From the NCBI GenBank assembly GCA_000092065.1, contig CP000586.1: DNA of 64,000 nucleotides; one strand, given 5' to 3'. Below, in pieces: positions 50,054 through 59,029 of this stretch. The translations under genes and the position numbers were made by a program. How positions within the stretch are numbered: position 1 is the first letter of the stretch; each line of letters begins with the position of its first letter. The DNA is from Ostreococcus lucimarinus (Eukaryota). The notes beneath the pieces were generated by a model. It ran no database searches. It had not been told where the DNA came from and saw only the letters and a list, made by a program, of their open reading frames with translations.

Positions 50054-52210
50054 GTGTTGAGTCACGACCCGTCGATCGGCGTGGGTCGGCACACCCGCGT
50101 GTGCGGCGTCGCCCGCCGCGTCGCCCGCGCGCGCCGTCGACCGCGCACCGCGACGCGACCGCGACGCGCGCGCCCGCGGGACGATCGCGACGTCCCGTCG
50201 CGACCGGACGCGCGCGGGCGCGCGGTCGACGGACGCGGCGCGGCGCGATTTTTACCGAAAACGCGTCGCGGCGCGGCGACGCGCGACGCGACGGCGATGG
50301 CGACGCGACGCGACGGCGTCGCGCGGGCGGTGGCGCGCGCGGTGCGAAGTCGCGCGATGTGCGGCGCGATGACGGTGACGCGAGGCGCGGGCGAGGCGGG
50401 ACGCGAGGACGCGCGAGGGACGACGCGGGCGTTTCGCGCGACGGCGCGCGGCGAGCGGGACGAGGTCGAGCTCGAGGACGCGCGCGGTGAGTCGGCGACG
50501 CGACGTCCGATGGTGCCGTGGACGCGACAGGTGGTGTCTGGGGTGGAACTGCTGCGGTCGGGGAAGTATAACAAAGGGATGAGCTTCACGCGGGACGAAC
50601 GCGATAGGTTGAACTTGCGCGGGTTGTTGCCGCCGGCGGTGTTCGATCAGAGCGTGCAGGTCGAGCGCGTGATCGAGCGCTTGCGTCGGGTGACGAACGA
50701 CGTCGAAAAACATGCGTGGCTCGCGTCGCTGTACGAACGAAACGAGCGGCTGTTTTATCGCGTGGTGAAGGACCATTTGGAGGAGTTGTTGCCGATTTTA
50801 TCGGCGCCGACGGTTTGGCAAGTGTGCGCCGAGTTTGGTTTGATGTACAGACGACCGCGCGGGTTGTACATCTCCATCAAAGACCGCGGGTCCGTGTATA
50901 GGCTGTTGAAAAATTGGCCCGTGCGCGACGTCAAGGCGATCGTGCTCACGGACGGGCAACGCGTCACGGGACTCGGCGATTTGGGCGTCCAAGGCATGGG
51001 CACGGCGGTGGGCAAGTCGACGTTATTCACCGCGCTCGGCGGCCTCGACCCGGCGGACGTGTTGCCAATTTGTATCGATGTGGGTACGGACAACCAGGCG
51101 TTGCTCGAGGATAAGTTTTACATCGGTCTGAGGCAAAAGCGAACCGGCGGCGAGGAATACGACGACTTGCTCGACGAAGTCGTCTACGGGTTGAAGCGGC
51201 GTTTCGGCCCGCGCGTGTTGCTATGCTTCGAAGAATTTTCCAACAAGAACGCAAAGCGATTGCTTGATCGATACAACAGCAATTCTGTCGCGTATTGCGA
51301 TGATTTGCAGGGCATCGCTGCGACGACGTTGGCGGCGATTATCTCGGCGCTGCCGCAAATGGGCGGATCATTGAGAGAGCAGCGGTTTCTTTTCGCCGGC
51401 GCCGGGGAGACCGGTGCACACACCGCAGATTTATTGGCGACGTATATTTCGCAACAACACGGCATATCGTTGCCCGAGGCGCGAGAGAACATTTATTTCA
51501 TAGATAGAAAAGGTTTGGTGACGCGCGATCGGGCGCAACGCGAGGACGATTTGGAAATTCACAAACTACCCTACGCGCACGACATGGAAGGTGCGGCGTC
51601 CGTGCGCGAATCCGTCGAGCTCATCAAACCGACGGCGTTGATTGGCGTCCGTCGACACCGATTTTCCTTCTTCGAAGGCTCAGTGCTGAAGGATGAAAAG
51701 CTCTTCACCGAGGACGTGTTGCGCGCGATGGCGAAACATAGCGAGAAACCGCTCATCATGGCGCTTTCGCGACCGAGCGCGCTGCGCGAGTGCACGGCCA
51801 AGGAAGCGTACGAGGCGACGAACGGGAAGTGCATCTTCGTCGGCGGGTGCAAGTCGACGCCGTTCGAGTACGCGGGTAGAGAAATCGCGCCGTCCGAATG
51901 CAGCACCGAATACGTCTTTCCGGGATTGGGACTCGGCTTGACCATCGCCGAAGGCACGCGCGTGCGAGACTCTTTACTCATGGAAGCCGCCGAAGTCGTG
52001 GCCAACAGCGCCACTCCGGGCGATATCGCTCGCGGCGCCGTGTTCCCGCGAAAGCGCCACATTCCCGACGTCTCCGCGCGCGTCGCCGCGCGCGTCGCCG
52101 GTAAGGCGTTCGCGAGCGGTTTGTCCGCGCTCCCGGGCAAGCCCATGGACTGGCTTCGCTTGGCGAAATCGTGGATGTTCGACCCGACGTATCGCCCCTA
52201 CACGCCTTGA
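50054..52210 (+). CDS. NAD(P)-dependent malic enzyme, with presequence. Probable start ATG ~50300 (MATRRDG); GTG at 50054 opens the ORF.
   Basis: VLTDGQRVTGLGDLGVQGMGTAVGKSTLFTALGG and FAGAGETG Rossmann motif, typical of malic enzymes. Confidence 0.85.
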   Translation: MLSHDPSIGVGRHTRVCGVARRVARARRRPRTATRPRRARPRDDRDVPSRPDARGRAVDGRGAARFLPKTRRGAATRDATAMATRRDGVARAVARAVRSRAMCGAMTVTRGAGEAGREDARGTTRAFRATARGERDEVELEDARGESATRRPMVPWTRQVVSGVELLRSGKYNKGMSFTRDERDRLNLRGLLPPAVFDQSVQVERVIERLRRVTNDVEKHAWLASLYERNERLFYRVVKDHLEELLPILSAPTVWQVCAEFGLMYRRPRGLYISIKDRGSVYRLLKNWPVRDVKAIVLTDGQRVTGLGDLGVQGMGTAVGKSTLFTALGGLDPADVLPICIDVGTDNQALLEDKFYIGLRQKRTGGEEYDDLLDEVVYGLKRRFGPRVLLCFEEFSNKNAKRLLDRYNSNSVAYCDDLQGIAATTLAAIISALPQMGGSLREQRFLFAGAGETGAHTADLLATYISQQHGISLPEARENIYFIDRKGLVTRDRAQREDDLEIHKLPYAHDMEGAASVRESVELIKPTALIGVRRHRFSFFEGSVLKDEKLFTEDVLRAMAKHSEKPLIMALSRPSALRECTAKEAYEATNGKCIFVGGCKSTPFEYAGREIAPSECSTEYVFPGLGLGLTIAEGTRVRDSLLMEAAEVVANSATPGDIARGAVFPRKRHIPDVSARVAARVAGKAFASGLSALPGKPMDWLRLAKSWMFDPTYRPYTP

Positions 52211-52230
52211 GCGTCGATTCGTCTCGTCTC

Positions 52231-52277
52231 CGCGCGTTGTGATACCACTCGATTCACGCGCGTTGTGATACCACTCG
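52231..52277 (+). promoter_or_regulatory. Direct repeat 2x ~21 bp (CGCGCGTTGTGATACCACTCG) in the 90-bp spacer between malic enzyme and the next gene
   Basis: Copies at 52231-52251 and 52258-52277, separated by ATTCAC. Confidence 0.6.
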
Positions 52278-52300
52278 CGTGACGCGCCGCACACGCCGAC

Positions 52301-53173
52301 ATGCCGACGCGTCCTCGCGCGCGCGCGCACGTCCTCGCCGCGCTCGCGTGCGCGCTCGCGTGCGCGCTCAACCTCGCGCGCGCCTCCGACGTTTCGTTCA
52401 CCGCCGATGCGCGACGACGCGGCGGCGAAGAGATCTCTTTCCCGCTCGAACACTCCCTCGACGGCGTCGCGTTCGTCCACGCGGGCGTCGTCACGGGCAA
52501 GCTCGCGGTCGATCGGAACGACGCGAGGAACTTTAGGCTGAGCGCGCCGAAGGCGACGCGGGAACCGCTCGACGCGAGCGCGGCGGCGGCGCTGAACGCG
52601 CTGGCGGCGAGCGGCGGCGCGTACAGGATACGAGCGCCGAGCAACTTCGCGAGCGGTAGACCTGGATCGTACGTCATGGCGTCCCTACCGGCGCGGTGCG
52701 TGTTGGCGGCAAATTTGGCGGACGCGCTGACGGTGCACGCGGACGATCGAGGGAACGCGTACGGGATTGAATACGCGGCGGCGAACGGGGAATGCGACGC
52801 GCGCGACGAGGCGGCGACGACGAAACGCGCGAGCGCGGGTTCGAAGTTTAGGACGACGGTGTACGTGCGCGTGGGGAAAGATGCGCCAGGGCTAAATCCG
52901 GACGCGCCGACGGACGTGCGCGGCCACGGCTCGCCGGCGACGGATCGAAGTAAACGCGAGGCGGAACAGCGACGAAAGGCGCGCGAAGGCGGCGACGGGA
53001 AAAGTGACGGCGCCAAAGAAATACCGACGCAAATGACGTTCTTCCAGCGACACTGGTTGAAGATTATGTTTAGTAGCTACGTTTTTGCGTTTTTGTGCGC
53101 GCCGGCGGAGACGCGCGATACGCGCGCGGCGGCGCAACGAAGAGTCAACGCGGCGACGAAGAAACGACAGTAG
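52301..53173 (+). CDS. hypothetical secreted/type-I membrane protein (signal peptide, C-terminal TM)
   Basis: N-terminus HVLAALACALACALNLARA. C-terminal hydrophobic WLKIMFSSYVFAFLCA followed by a basic tail. Confidence 0.4.
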   Translation: MPTRPRARAHVLAALACALACALNLARASDVSFTADARRRGGEEISFPLEHSLDGVAFVHAGVVTGKLAVDRNDARNFRLSAPKATREPLDASAAAALNALAASGGAYRIRAPSNFASGRPGSYVMASLPARCVLAANLADALTVHADDRGNAYGIEYAAANGECDARDEAATTKRASAGSKFRTTVYVRVGKDAPGLNPDAPTDVRGHGSPATDRSKREAEQRRKAREGGDGKSDGAKEIPTQMTFFQRHWLKIMFSSYVFAFLCAPAETRDTRAAAQRRVNAATKKRQ

Positions 53174-53283
53174 CGGCGATGATGGTATACACAGCGCGTT
53201 ATTTTTAATCAAAACATCAGTTAGTCACCAATCAACCGACGGTGTTCGACCGACCGATGTCGCGCGCGCGCTGAGAGCAAAGC

Positions 53284-53877
53284 CTACGCCTCGCTCGTTT
53301 TCGGCTTGGAGCCCGCGCCGGTCTCCGCCAACCCGTTCAACTCCTCGTTCAACTTCTTCACGTTCTTCTCCACCCCACTCTCCGCTTGATCGCTGAAATT
53401 ATCGATCGCCGCGTTCAACGCCGCGATCTTATCGTTCAAATTCTGTCTCGTCACCTCCAGCTCGTCCTCGCTCTCGTCGTCCAGCGCCTTGTTCAGCGCG
53501 CGCTTCCCCCCCAGCAGCGTCTTGCTCAGTTGCGGCGCGAACAAGAACCCCAGCGCGCCGAACACCGCGCCACCGACGAGCAATCCACCGACGAATCCCT
53601 TCCCGCGTCCTTTGCGCTCCTCGAACTCGCTGCGCGCGCGCACGTCGCGCCGTCCATCGCCGATTCGCGCGCGCGCGAATCCAGCCCGCGGTCGTTCGCG
53701 CGCGCGATTCTCCCTCGCGCATCGCGCGCGCGCGGGCGTCGCGCGCGCGCGCGGCGCGTTCGCGCCGACGACACTCGCGCGCATCGCTCTCGCGTCGCGC
53801 GCGCGCGCGGGCGTTCGCGCGGCGTCGTGTGACGCTCGGACGCCGCGCGTCGCGGCACCGAACGTTCGGGTCGCCAC
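53284..53877 (-). CDS. hypothetical plastid-type single-TM protein with coiled-coil C-terminus
   Basis: R/A-rich presequence. TM segment GFVGGLLVGGAVFGALGFLFA. Amphipathic C-terminus. Confidence 0.4.
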   Translation of the reverse strand: MATRTFGAATRGVRASHDAARTPARARDARAMRASVVGANAPRARATPARARCARENRARERPRAGFARARIGDGRRDVRARSEFEERKGRGKGFVGGLLVGGAVFGALGFLFAPQLSKTLLGGKRALNKALDDESEDELEVTRQNLNDKIAALNAAIDNFSDQAESGVEKNVKKLNEELNGLAETGAGSKPKTSEA

Positions 53878-53884
53878 TCGCTCT

Positions 53885-53901
53885 CACTGTTTACCCATAC
53901 G
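53885..53901 (+). promoter_or_regulatory. Promoter motif CACTGTTTACCCATACG, 32 nt upstream of the LepA ATG
   Basis: One of five oriented copies; the others are at 50028-50042, 45210-45226/45281-45296, 30955-30980 (minus) and 61666-61681. Confidence 0.5.
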
Positions 53902-53932
53902 TCGACGCGTCTAACCGCAGAAATCGACGCGC

Positions 53933-55933
53933 ATGGCGTCGCGCACGGCGTCGCCGCGCGCCGCGCGCGCGCCGTGCGTCTCGCGCGCGCCCACCTCGCC
54001 CACCGCGCGCGTCTCGAGGCGCGCGCGCGCGCGCCGGGCGTCGCGCGTGACGCCCAGCGCGACGCCGCCCAAGGCGCCGCCCAAAAACGAAGTCGCGCCG
54101 CCGACGCCCGGTCAGGTGCGCCAGGTGCCGCCGAGTCGCATACGAAACTTTAGCATCATCGCGCACATCGATCACGGGAAGTCCACGCTGGCGGACACGC
54201 TGCTGATGCGGACGAAGACGGTGAAGGAGCGGGACATGGTGAAGCAGGTTTTGGATAGCATGGACTTGGAGCGCGAGCGGGGGATCACGATCAAGCTGAA
54301 CAGCGCGCGGATGGATTACGTGGCGAGCGACGGGGAGCTGTACGTGCTGAATTTGATCGATACGCCGGGACACGTGGATTTTTCGTACGAGGTGTCGAGA
54401 TCGTTGGCGGCGTGCGAGGGGGCGTTGCTCGTGGTGGACTCGAGCCAGGGCGTGGAGGCGCAGACGGTGGCGAACGTGTACTTGGCGCTGGAGAATGATT
54501 TGGAGATTTTCACGGTGCTGAATAAGATTGATTTGGCGGGGAGCGAACCGGATCGGGTGAAACAGGAGATCGAGGACGTGTTGGGGTTGGACGCGAGCGA
54601 CGCGATTTTGGCGAGCGCGAAGGCAAACATCGGGATGGACGACATCTTGGAACGCATCGTGCAGGTGGTGCCACCGCCTCGCGACACCGCGAACGAACCG
54701 CTTCGGGCGTTAATCTTCGATTCGTATTTCGATCCCTATCGCGGTGTCGTCGCCGTGTTCCGAGTCATGGACGGGACGATGAAGACGGGGGACGCGATGA
54801 AGATGATGGCCACGGGCGCGACTTTCGCTGCGGATGAGATCGGCATCATGCGTCCAGACAAGGTGCCGGTGAAAGAGCTCGGCCCTGGTGAGGTCGGCTA
54901 CATCATCGGTGGCATCAAGTCAGTCGCGGATGCGCGCGTCGGGGACACGATCACGCTCTCAAAGAATCCCGCCGCCGAGGCGCTGCCGGGTTACTCAAAG
55001 TCGGTGCCGATGGTGTTCGCGGGAATCTTCCCCACCGATACCGATCGATACGATGACTTGCGCGAATCTCTCCAACGGCTGCAAATCAACGACTGCTCGC
55101 TGTCGTTTGAACCCGAGCAAAACAGCGCCATGGGCACGGGCTTTCGCTGCGGTTTCCTCGGGTTGCTTCACATGGAAATCATCCAAGAACGACTCGAGCG
55201 CGAGTATGATTTAGATTTGATCACCACCGCACCTTCGGTGGTTTACAACGTGTATAGAACAGATGGAACGATGGATTCGATATCCAATCCGGCGGACTTG
55301 TGCCCGCCAGAGCTTCGCGAACGAATCGAGGAACCGTACTGCAGATTGGACATGATCGCCCCTTCGGATTACGTGGGCACGCTCATGGAACTTGCGAGCC
55401 AACGGCGTGGAGAGTTCATCGACATGACGTACCTTTCCGAGACGCGTACCTCAATCAAGTACGACATACCTTTGGCCGAGGTCGTCACGAATTACTTCGA
55501 CGACATGAAGTCGCGTTCTCGCGGGTACGCCTCGATGGAGTACGCCATCACGGGGTACCGCCAGAGCGATCTCGTGCGCTTGGACGTCTTGATCAATCAA
55601 GAGCCGGCCGATCCGTTAGCGGTGATCACGCACCGCGACAGGGCATACAGCATCGGACGTCAGCTCGTCGACAAGCTCAAAGAGCTCATTCCCCGCCAAA
55701 TGTTTCGCATTCCGATTCAAGCCGCCATCGGCAACAAAGTCATCGCCGCCACTTCCATCTCCGCGATGCGCAAGGACGTCACCGCCAAGTGTTACGGCGG
55801 CGACATCTCGCGCAAGAAAAAGCTGCTCAAAAAGCAAGCCGCGGGTAAAAAGCGCATGAAGCAATTCGGCAAGGTGGAAGTTCCTCAAGACGCGTTTTTA
55901 GCCGTCTTGAGCGTCGACGGCGCCGCGGATTAA
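53933..55933 (+). CDS. GUF1: Translation factor GUF1/LepA (EF4), organellar
   Basis: [18 protein letters not shown] and NKIDL G-motifs. LepA-specific C-terminal domain (...[28 protein letters not shown]). Confidence 0.9.
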   Translation: MASRTASPRAARAPCVSRAPTSPTARVSRRARARRASRVTPSATPPKAPPKNEVAPPTPGQVRQVPPSRIRNFSIIAHIDHGKSTLADTLLMRTKTVKERDMVKQVLDSMDLERERGITIKLNSARMDYVASDGELYVLNLIDTPGHVDFSYEVSRSLAACEGALLVVDSSQGVEAQTVANVYLALENDLEIFTVLNKIDLAGSEPDRVKQEIEDVLGLDASDAILASAKANIGMDDILERIVQVVPPPRDTANEPLRALIFDSYFDPYRGVVAVFRVMDGTMKTGDAMKMMATGATFAADEIGIMRPDKVPVKELGPGEVGYIIGGIKSVADARVGDTITLSKNPAAEALPGYSKSVPMVFAGIFPTDTDRYDDLRESLQRLQINDCSLSFEPEQNSAMGTGFRCGFLGLLHMEIIQERLEREYDLDLITTAPSVVYNVYRTDGTMDSISNPADLCPPELRERIEEPYCRLDMIAPSDYVGTLMELASQRRGEFIDMTYLSETRTSIKYDIPLAEVVTNYFDDMKSRSRGYASMEYAITGYRQSDLVRLDVLINQEPADPLAVITHRDRAYSIGRQLVDKLKELIPRQMFRIPIQAAIGNKVIAATSISAMRKDVTAKCYGGDISRKKKLLKKQAAGKKRMKQFGKVEVPQDAFLAVLSVDGAAD

Positions 55934-56342
55934 ACGCTCGGGTCGTCGACGCCGCGCCGCGACTCGACGCCACGCTCGACGCCACATTCCATCATTAATA
56001 TTTTCACTGTCATTCTTTTCGCTGTAATCGTCTTCCCTCCGCGTTCCACGCCGCTCGGATCGATTCGCCGCGCCGTCGTCGCCGCCCCGTCCAGTCAACC
56101 TCCAGTCGCGCCGACCACCGATCGCCCCACGCCCCATCGCGCGCCGCGCCATTCATCGTCGCGCGCGACCGCCGACGCGCCCGTCCGACGCGCGACGAAC
56201 CACCGTCGCGACGCCCGCGAGCCGCGCGCGCGCACCGTCGCGCGCGCGCCGTCGCGCGCGCGTAAAGTCGACGTCGTCGGCGATCTGACGGACGCGACGA
56301 CCGATCGATTCGACGCCGCCGCGCGCGCGCCGAGCGCTCGCG

Positions 56343-58055
56343 ATGTCCAACGCGGCGGAAGATTTGTTGAAGATGGACTCGCCGATCCGCGATCCGAGTC
56401 CCGAGGCCGACGCGTGGGCGCCGTCGGCGGAGGAGGAGAAGGCGAGCGAGAAGGCGAACGCGAACGCGAACGCGAACGCGAGACGGGAGACGACGCGAGA
56501 CGACGGCGCGAGACGCGATGAATCGCGGCGAGACGCGAGGACGGGTGTACGAGGCGATGGGCGACACGGGGGAGGACGCGGCGGGGGAGGACGCGGAAGG
56601 GGAGGAGACGACGGGGCGCGTCGGGACGACTCGCGAGGACCGCCGCCGGCGAGAGACGGACGGTACGGTCGCGGACCGCCGCCGAGAGATGGACGCGGGG
56701 ATCGATGGGGACCGCCGCCCGGGGATCGAGGCGCGCCGCCGCCGCCGGCGCGGGATGGATGGGGCGACGACAGGCGCGGGCCGCCGAGAGACTCGTGGGG
56801 ACCGCCGCCGCCGAGAGGTCCGCCGCCGTCGGGATATTACGACGATCGCGATAGGCGCGAGGATTCGTGGGGTCGCGGCGGCGTGCCGCGGCGACACGAT
56901 GACTACGGGCCTCCGCGTTCGGGGTACTACGACGATCGCGATCGGTACGACTCGAGAGGTCCGCCGCGTTCGGGGTATTACGACGACCGCGACAGGCGCG
57001 ACGACGGATACTATCGACGGTCGCCATCGCGCGGGCCTCCGCCGGGGCGCTACGACGACCGCGACCGCGATAGACGTGATGACCGTTACGATTCCCGTGG
57101 ACCACCGCCGCCGCGAGATGACGAGCCGGGGTACGTCATGAACACGAGAGGCAATAACGGTCTCGTCGTCGGGCCTCAAGGTTCGAACGTGAAACGCATC
57201 GAGGACGAGACAGGGGCGAGAGTAAAGTGCTTGAAAGATAAGACCACCGTGGAAATTTACGGCTCGCCCGAGGCCGTGCGCCGCGCGACGGACAAAATAA
57301 TCGATTTGCTCGAAGCGAAGAGTGGCGGCTCGCGAGATCGTCCTGGTGAAAAGCGTCGTCGCGACGACGACAGGTTCGGCGACGACAATAAACGCCCTAG
57401 GGGGGCGCAAAATGATTCACTTTTAGACTACCTTCGTTCATCCGCGGTTGAACTCGGGGTTTCGAAGGAGTTTCCGCCAGACTTCGTCGACGAATCAAAC
57501 GCGGACGAACAAGGTAACGTCGAGGAAACGGCGAGCATCACCAACTACGTCGGGCTCATCATCGGTAAGCAAGGTCGCATGCACTCTGAGATTCAACGCA
57601 TCGTGGACATCCCCATGACGATCAACAAGGAAGACGAGACCGTGACTTTCAAGGGACCGGCCGCGAACGTCGGGCGAGGTCTGGCGTTGATTCGCGAGGT
57701 GATTGAGTTGACGAACGCGGTGCGAGACGCTCGAAACGCGACTCGCGAACGCGACGACGTGGAAGAGACCATCTCCATCACCGGCAACGTAGGCGCCGTC
57801 GTGGGCAAACAGGGAAACACGGTGAAGCGCATCAAGTCACAGTTGCCCCGCTGCTTGTTCCAAGTTGATCGAAATTCTGAAACCGTCCTCGTTCGCGGCG
57901 CGCCGGAGATGGTCGAACTCGCGAAACGGCTGGTGAGCGAGGCGATTGAGAACGTCCAAGCGAGAGCGCGCGAACGTGGCGGTGACGTCGACGCGGATAT
58001 GGGCGGCGAAGCGCCGATGGAACAGGATCGCGACCTTCGCGAGCGGCTTGGATAA
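56343..58055 (+). CDS. KH-domain RNA-binding protein with an N-terminal RG/PP plus YYDDRDR repeat region
   Basis: Three to four KH GxxG cores (VVGPQGSNVKRI, IIGKQGRMHSEI, VVGKQGNTVKRI). Repeats GPPRSGYYDDRDR x3+. Confidence 0.7.
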   Translation: MSNAAEDLLKMDSPIRDPSPEADAWAPSAEEEKASEKANANANANARRETTRDDGARRDESRRDARTGVRGDGRHGGGRGGGGRGRGGDDGARRDDSRGPPPARDGRYGRGPPPRDGRGDRWGPPPGDRGAPPPPARDGWGDDRRGPPRDSWGPPPPRGPPPSGYYDDRDRREDSWGRGGVPRRHDDYGPPRSGYYDDRDRYDSRGPPRSGYYDDRDRRDDGYYRRSPSRGPPPGRYDDRDRDRRDDRYDSRGPPPPRDDEPGYVMNTRGNNGLVVGPQGSNVKRIEDETGARVKCLKDKTTVEIYGSPEAVRRATDKIIDLLEAKSGGSRDRPGEKRRRDDDRFGDDNKRPRGAQNDSLLDYLRSSAVELGVSKEFPPDFVDESNADEQGNVEETASITNYVGLIIGKQGRMHSEIQRIVDIPMTINKEDETVTFKGPAANVGRGLALIREVIELTNAVRDARNATRERDDVEETISITGNVGAVVGKQGNTVKRIKSQLPRCLFQVDRNSETVLVRGAPEMVELAKRLVSEAIENVQARARERGGDVDADMGGEAPMEQDRDLRERLG

Positions 58056-58139
58056 ACAACAGAACTTACATTAGAGAGTCTTTCGTCGAGGAAATAACAA
58101 GAATATAACAACACGCACGCTCCGTCGGCGCGATTTCAA

Positions 58140-59018
58140 TCAAATATCAGGATAGTACTGATTGGCCGGAGTCGCGTAATGCGACTGCGCCGCAGACGCC
58201 TGGACCGCGGGCGCCGATTGCTGAAACATGATGACCGTATCGCGCTGCCCGCCGCGCCCTGGAACGTGAATTTGCGACGGCGCCGTCGGCTGCATCGCCA
58301 GAGGCGCCCGAGACGCCGGCGGATTTTCTTGGCACACCTCACCTCGTTGTTGCTGTCGCATCGTCAACTGACGCTGAATCGTCGCCTGTCGCTGAAACGG
58401 ATTAACAAACATCGCATGGCGCATGGAAACCTTCGAAGCCCTCGCGATCGCGAACACCCGACAAAACATCGCGCACGCGCCGAACGCCACCGAGAGCCCG
58501 ATCGGCATCGCGACTTCTTCAGCCGCGTCCTCCTTCCCAGACCCCCCACCTCGTTCAAACGTCACCTTCACGTTCGAATTACACATCGCATTACTCCCGA
58601 TTCCACCGATCGGCATCGTGCACTTTCCTCGCAAACACCGGCGTCCCCGCTCCGAAAACCGCTTCTCCCCGTCGCACTTCTCGGGATCGCTCCCATCGCA
58701 CGCCGCGCCCGCGCACGCCATCCCGCCCCCCACCGCCTGCGTCACGTCGCACGCCGTCGACGCGTGCTCGACGCCCGACGGATCGTCGCGCGCGACCCAC
58801 CGCACGGGGTCGTCGAACCCGCTCGGCACACGCGCTTCGTACTCGATCTTTTCGACGTCGTCGGCGCAGCACTCCCACGTCGCCTGCGGCGCCATCTGCG
58901 CGTGGTTCGTCGAGCCGTCCGCGACGCACGACGTCGCCGCCGCGCCGCGCCATCGCGCGAGCGCGACGAGCGCGACGAGCGCGACGAGTCGTCCGCGGCG
59001 TCCCATGATGCGACACAA
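58140..59018 (-). CDS. Cys-rich type-I membrane protein (signal peptide, ectodomain, TM, Q-rich tail)
   Basis: Start MCRIMGRRGRLVALVALVALA. More than 20 Cys in the ectodomain. TM segment VAMPIGLSVAFGACAMF. Lower-GC 3' end. Confidence 0.5.
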   Translation of the reverse strand: MCRIMGRRGRLVALVALVALARWRGAAATSCVADGSTNHAQMAPQATWECCADDVEKIEYEARVPSGFDDPVRWVARDDPSGVEHASTACDVTQAVGGGMACAGAACDGSDPEKCDGEKRFSERGRRCLRGKCTMPIGGIGSNAMCNSNVKVTFERGGGSGKEDAAEEVAMPIGLSVAFGACAMFCRVFAIARASKVSMRHAMFVNPFQRQATIQRQLTMRQQQRGEVCQENPPASRAPLAMQPTAPSQIHVPGRGGQRDTVIMFQQSAPAVQASAAQSHYATPANQYYPDI

Positions 59019-59029
59019 AGCGTCGCGAA

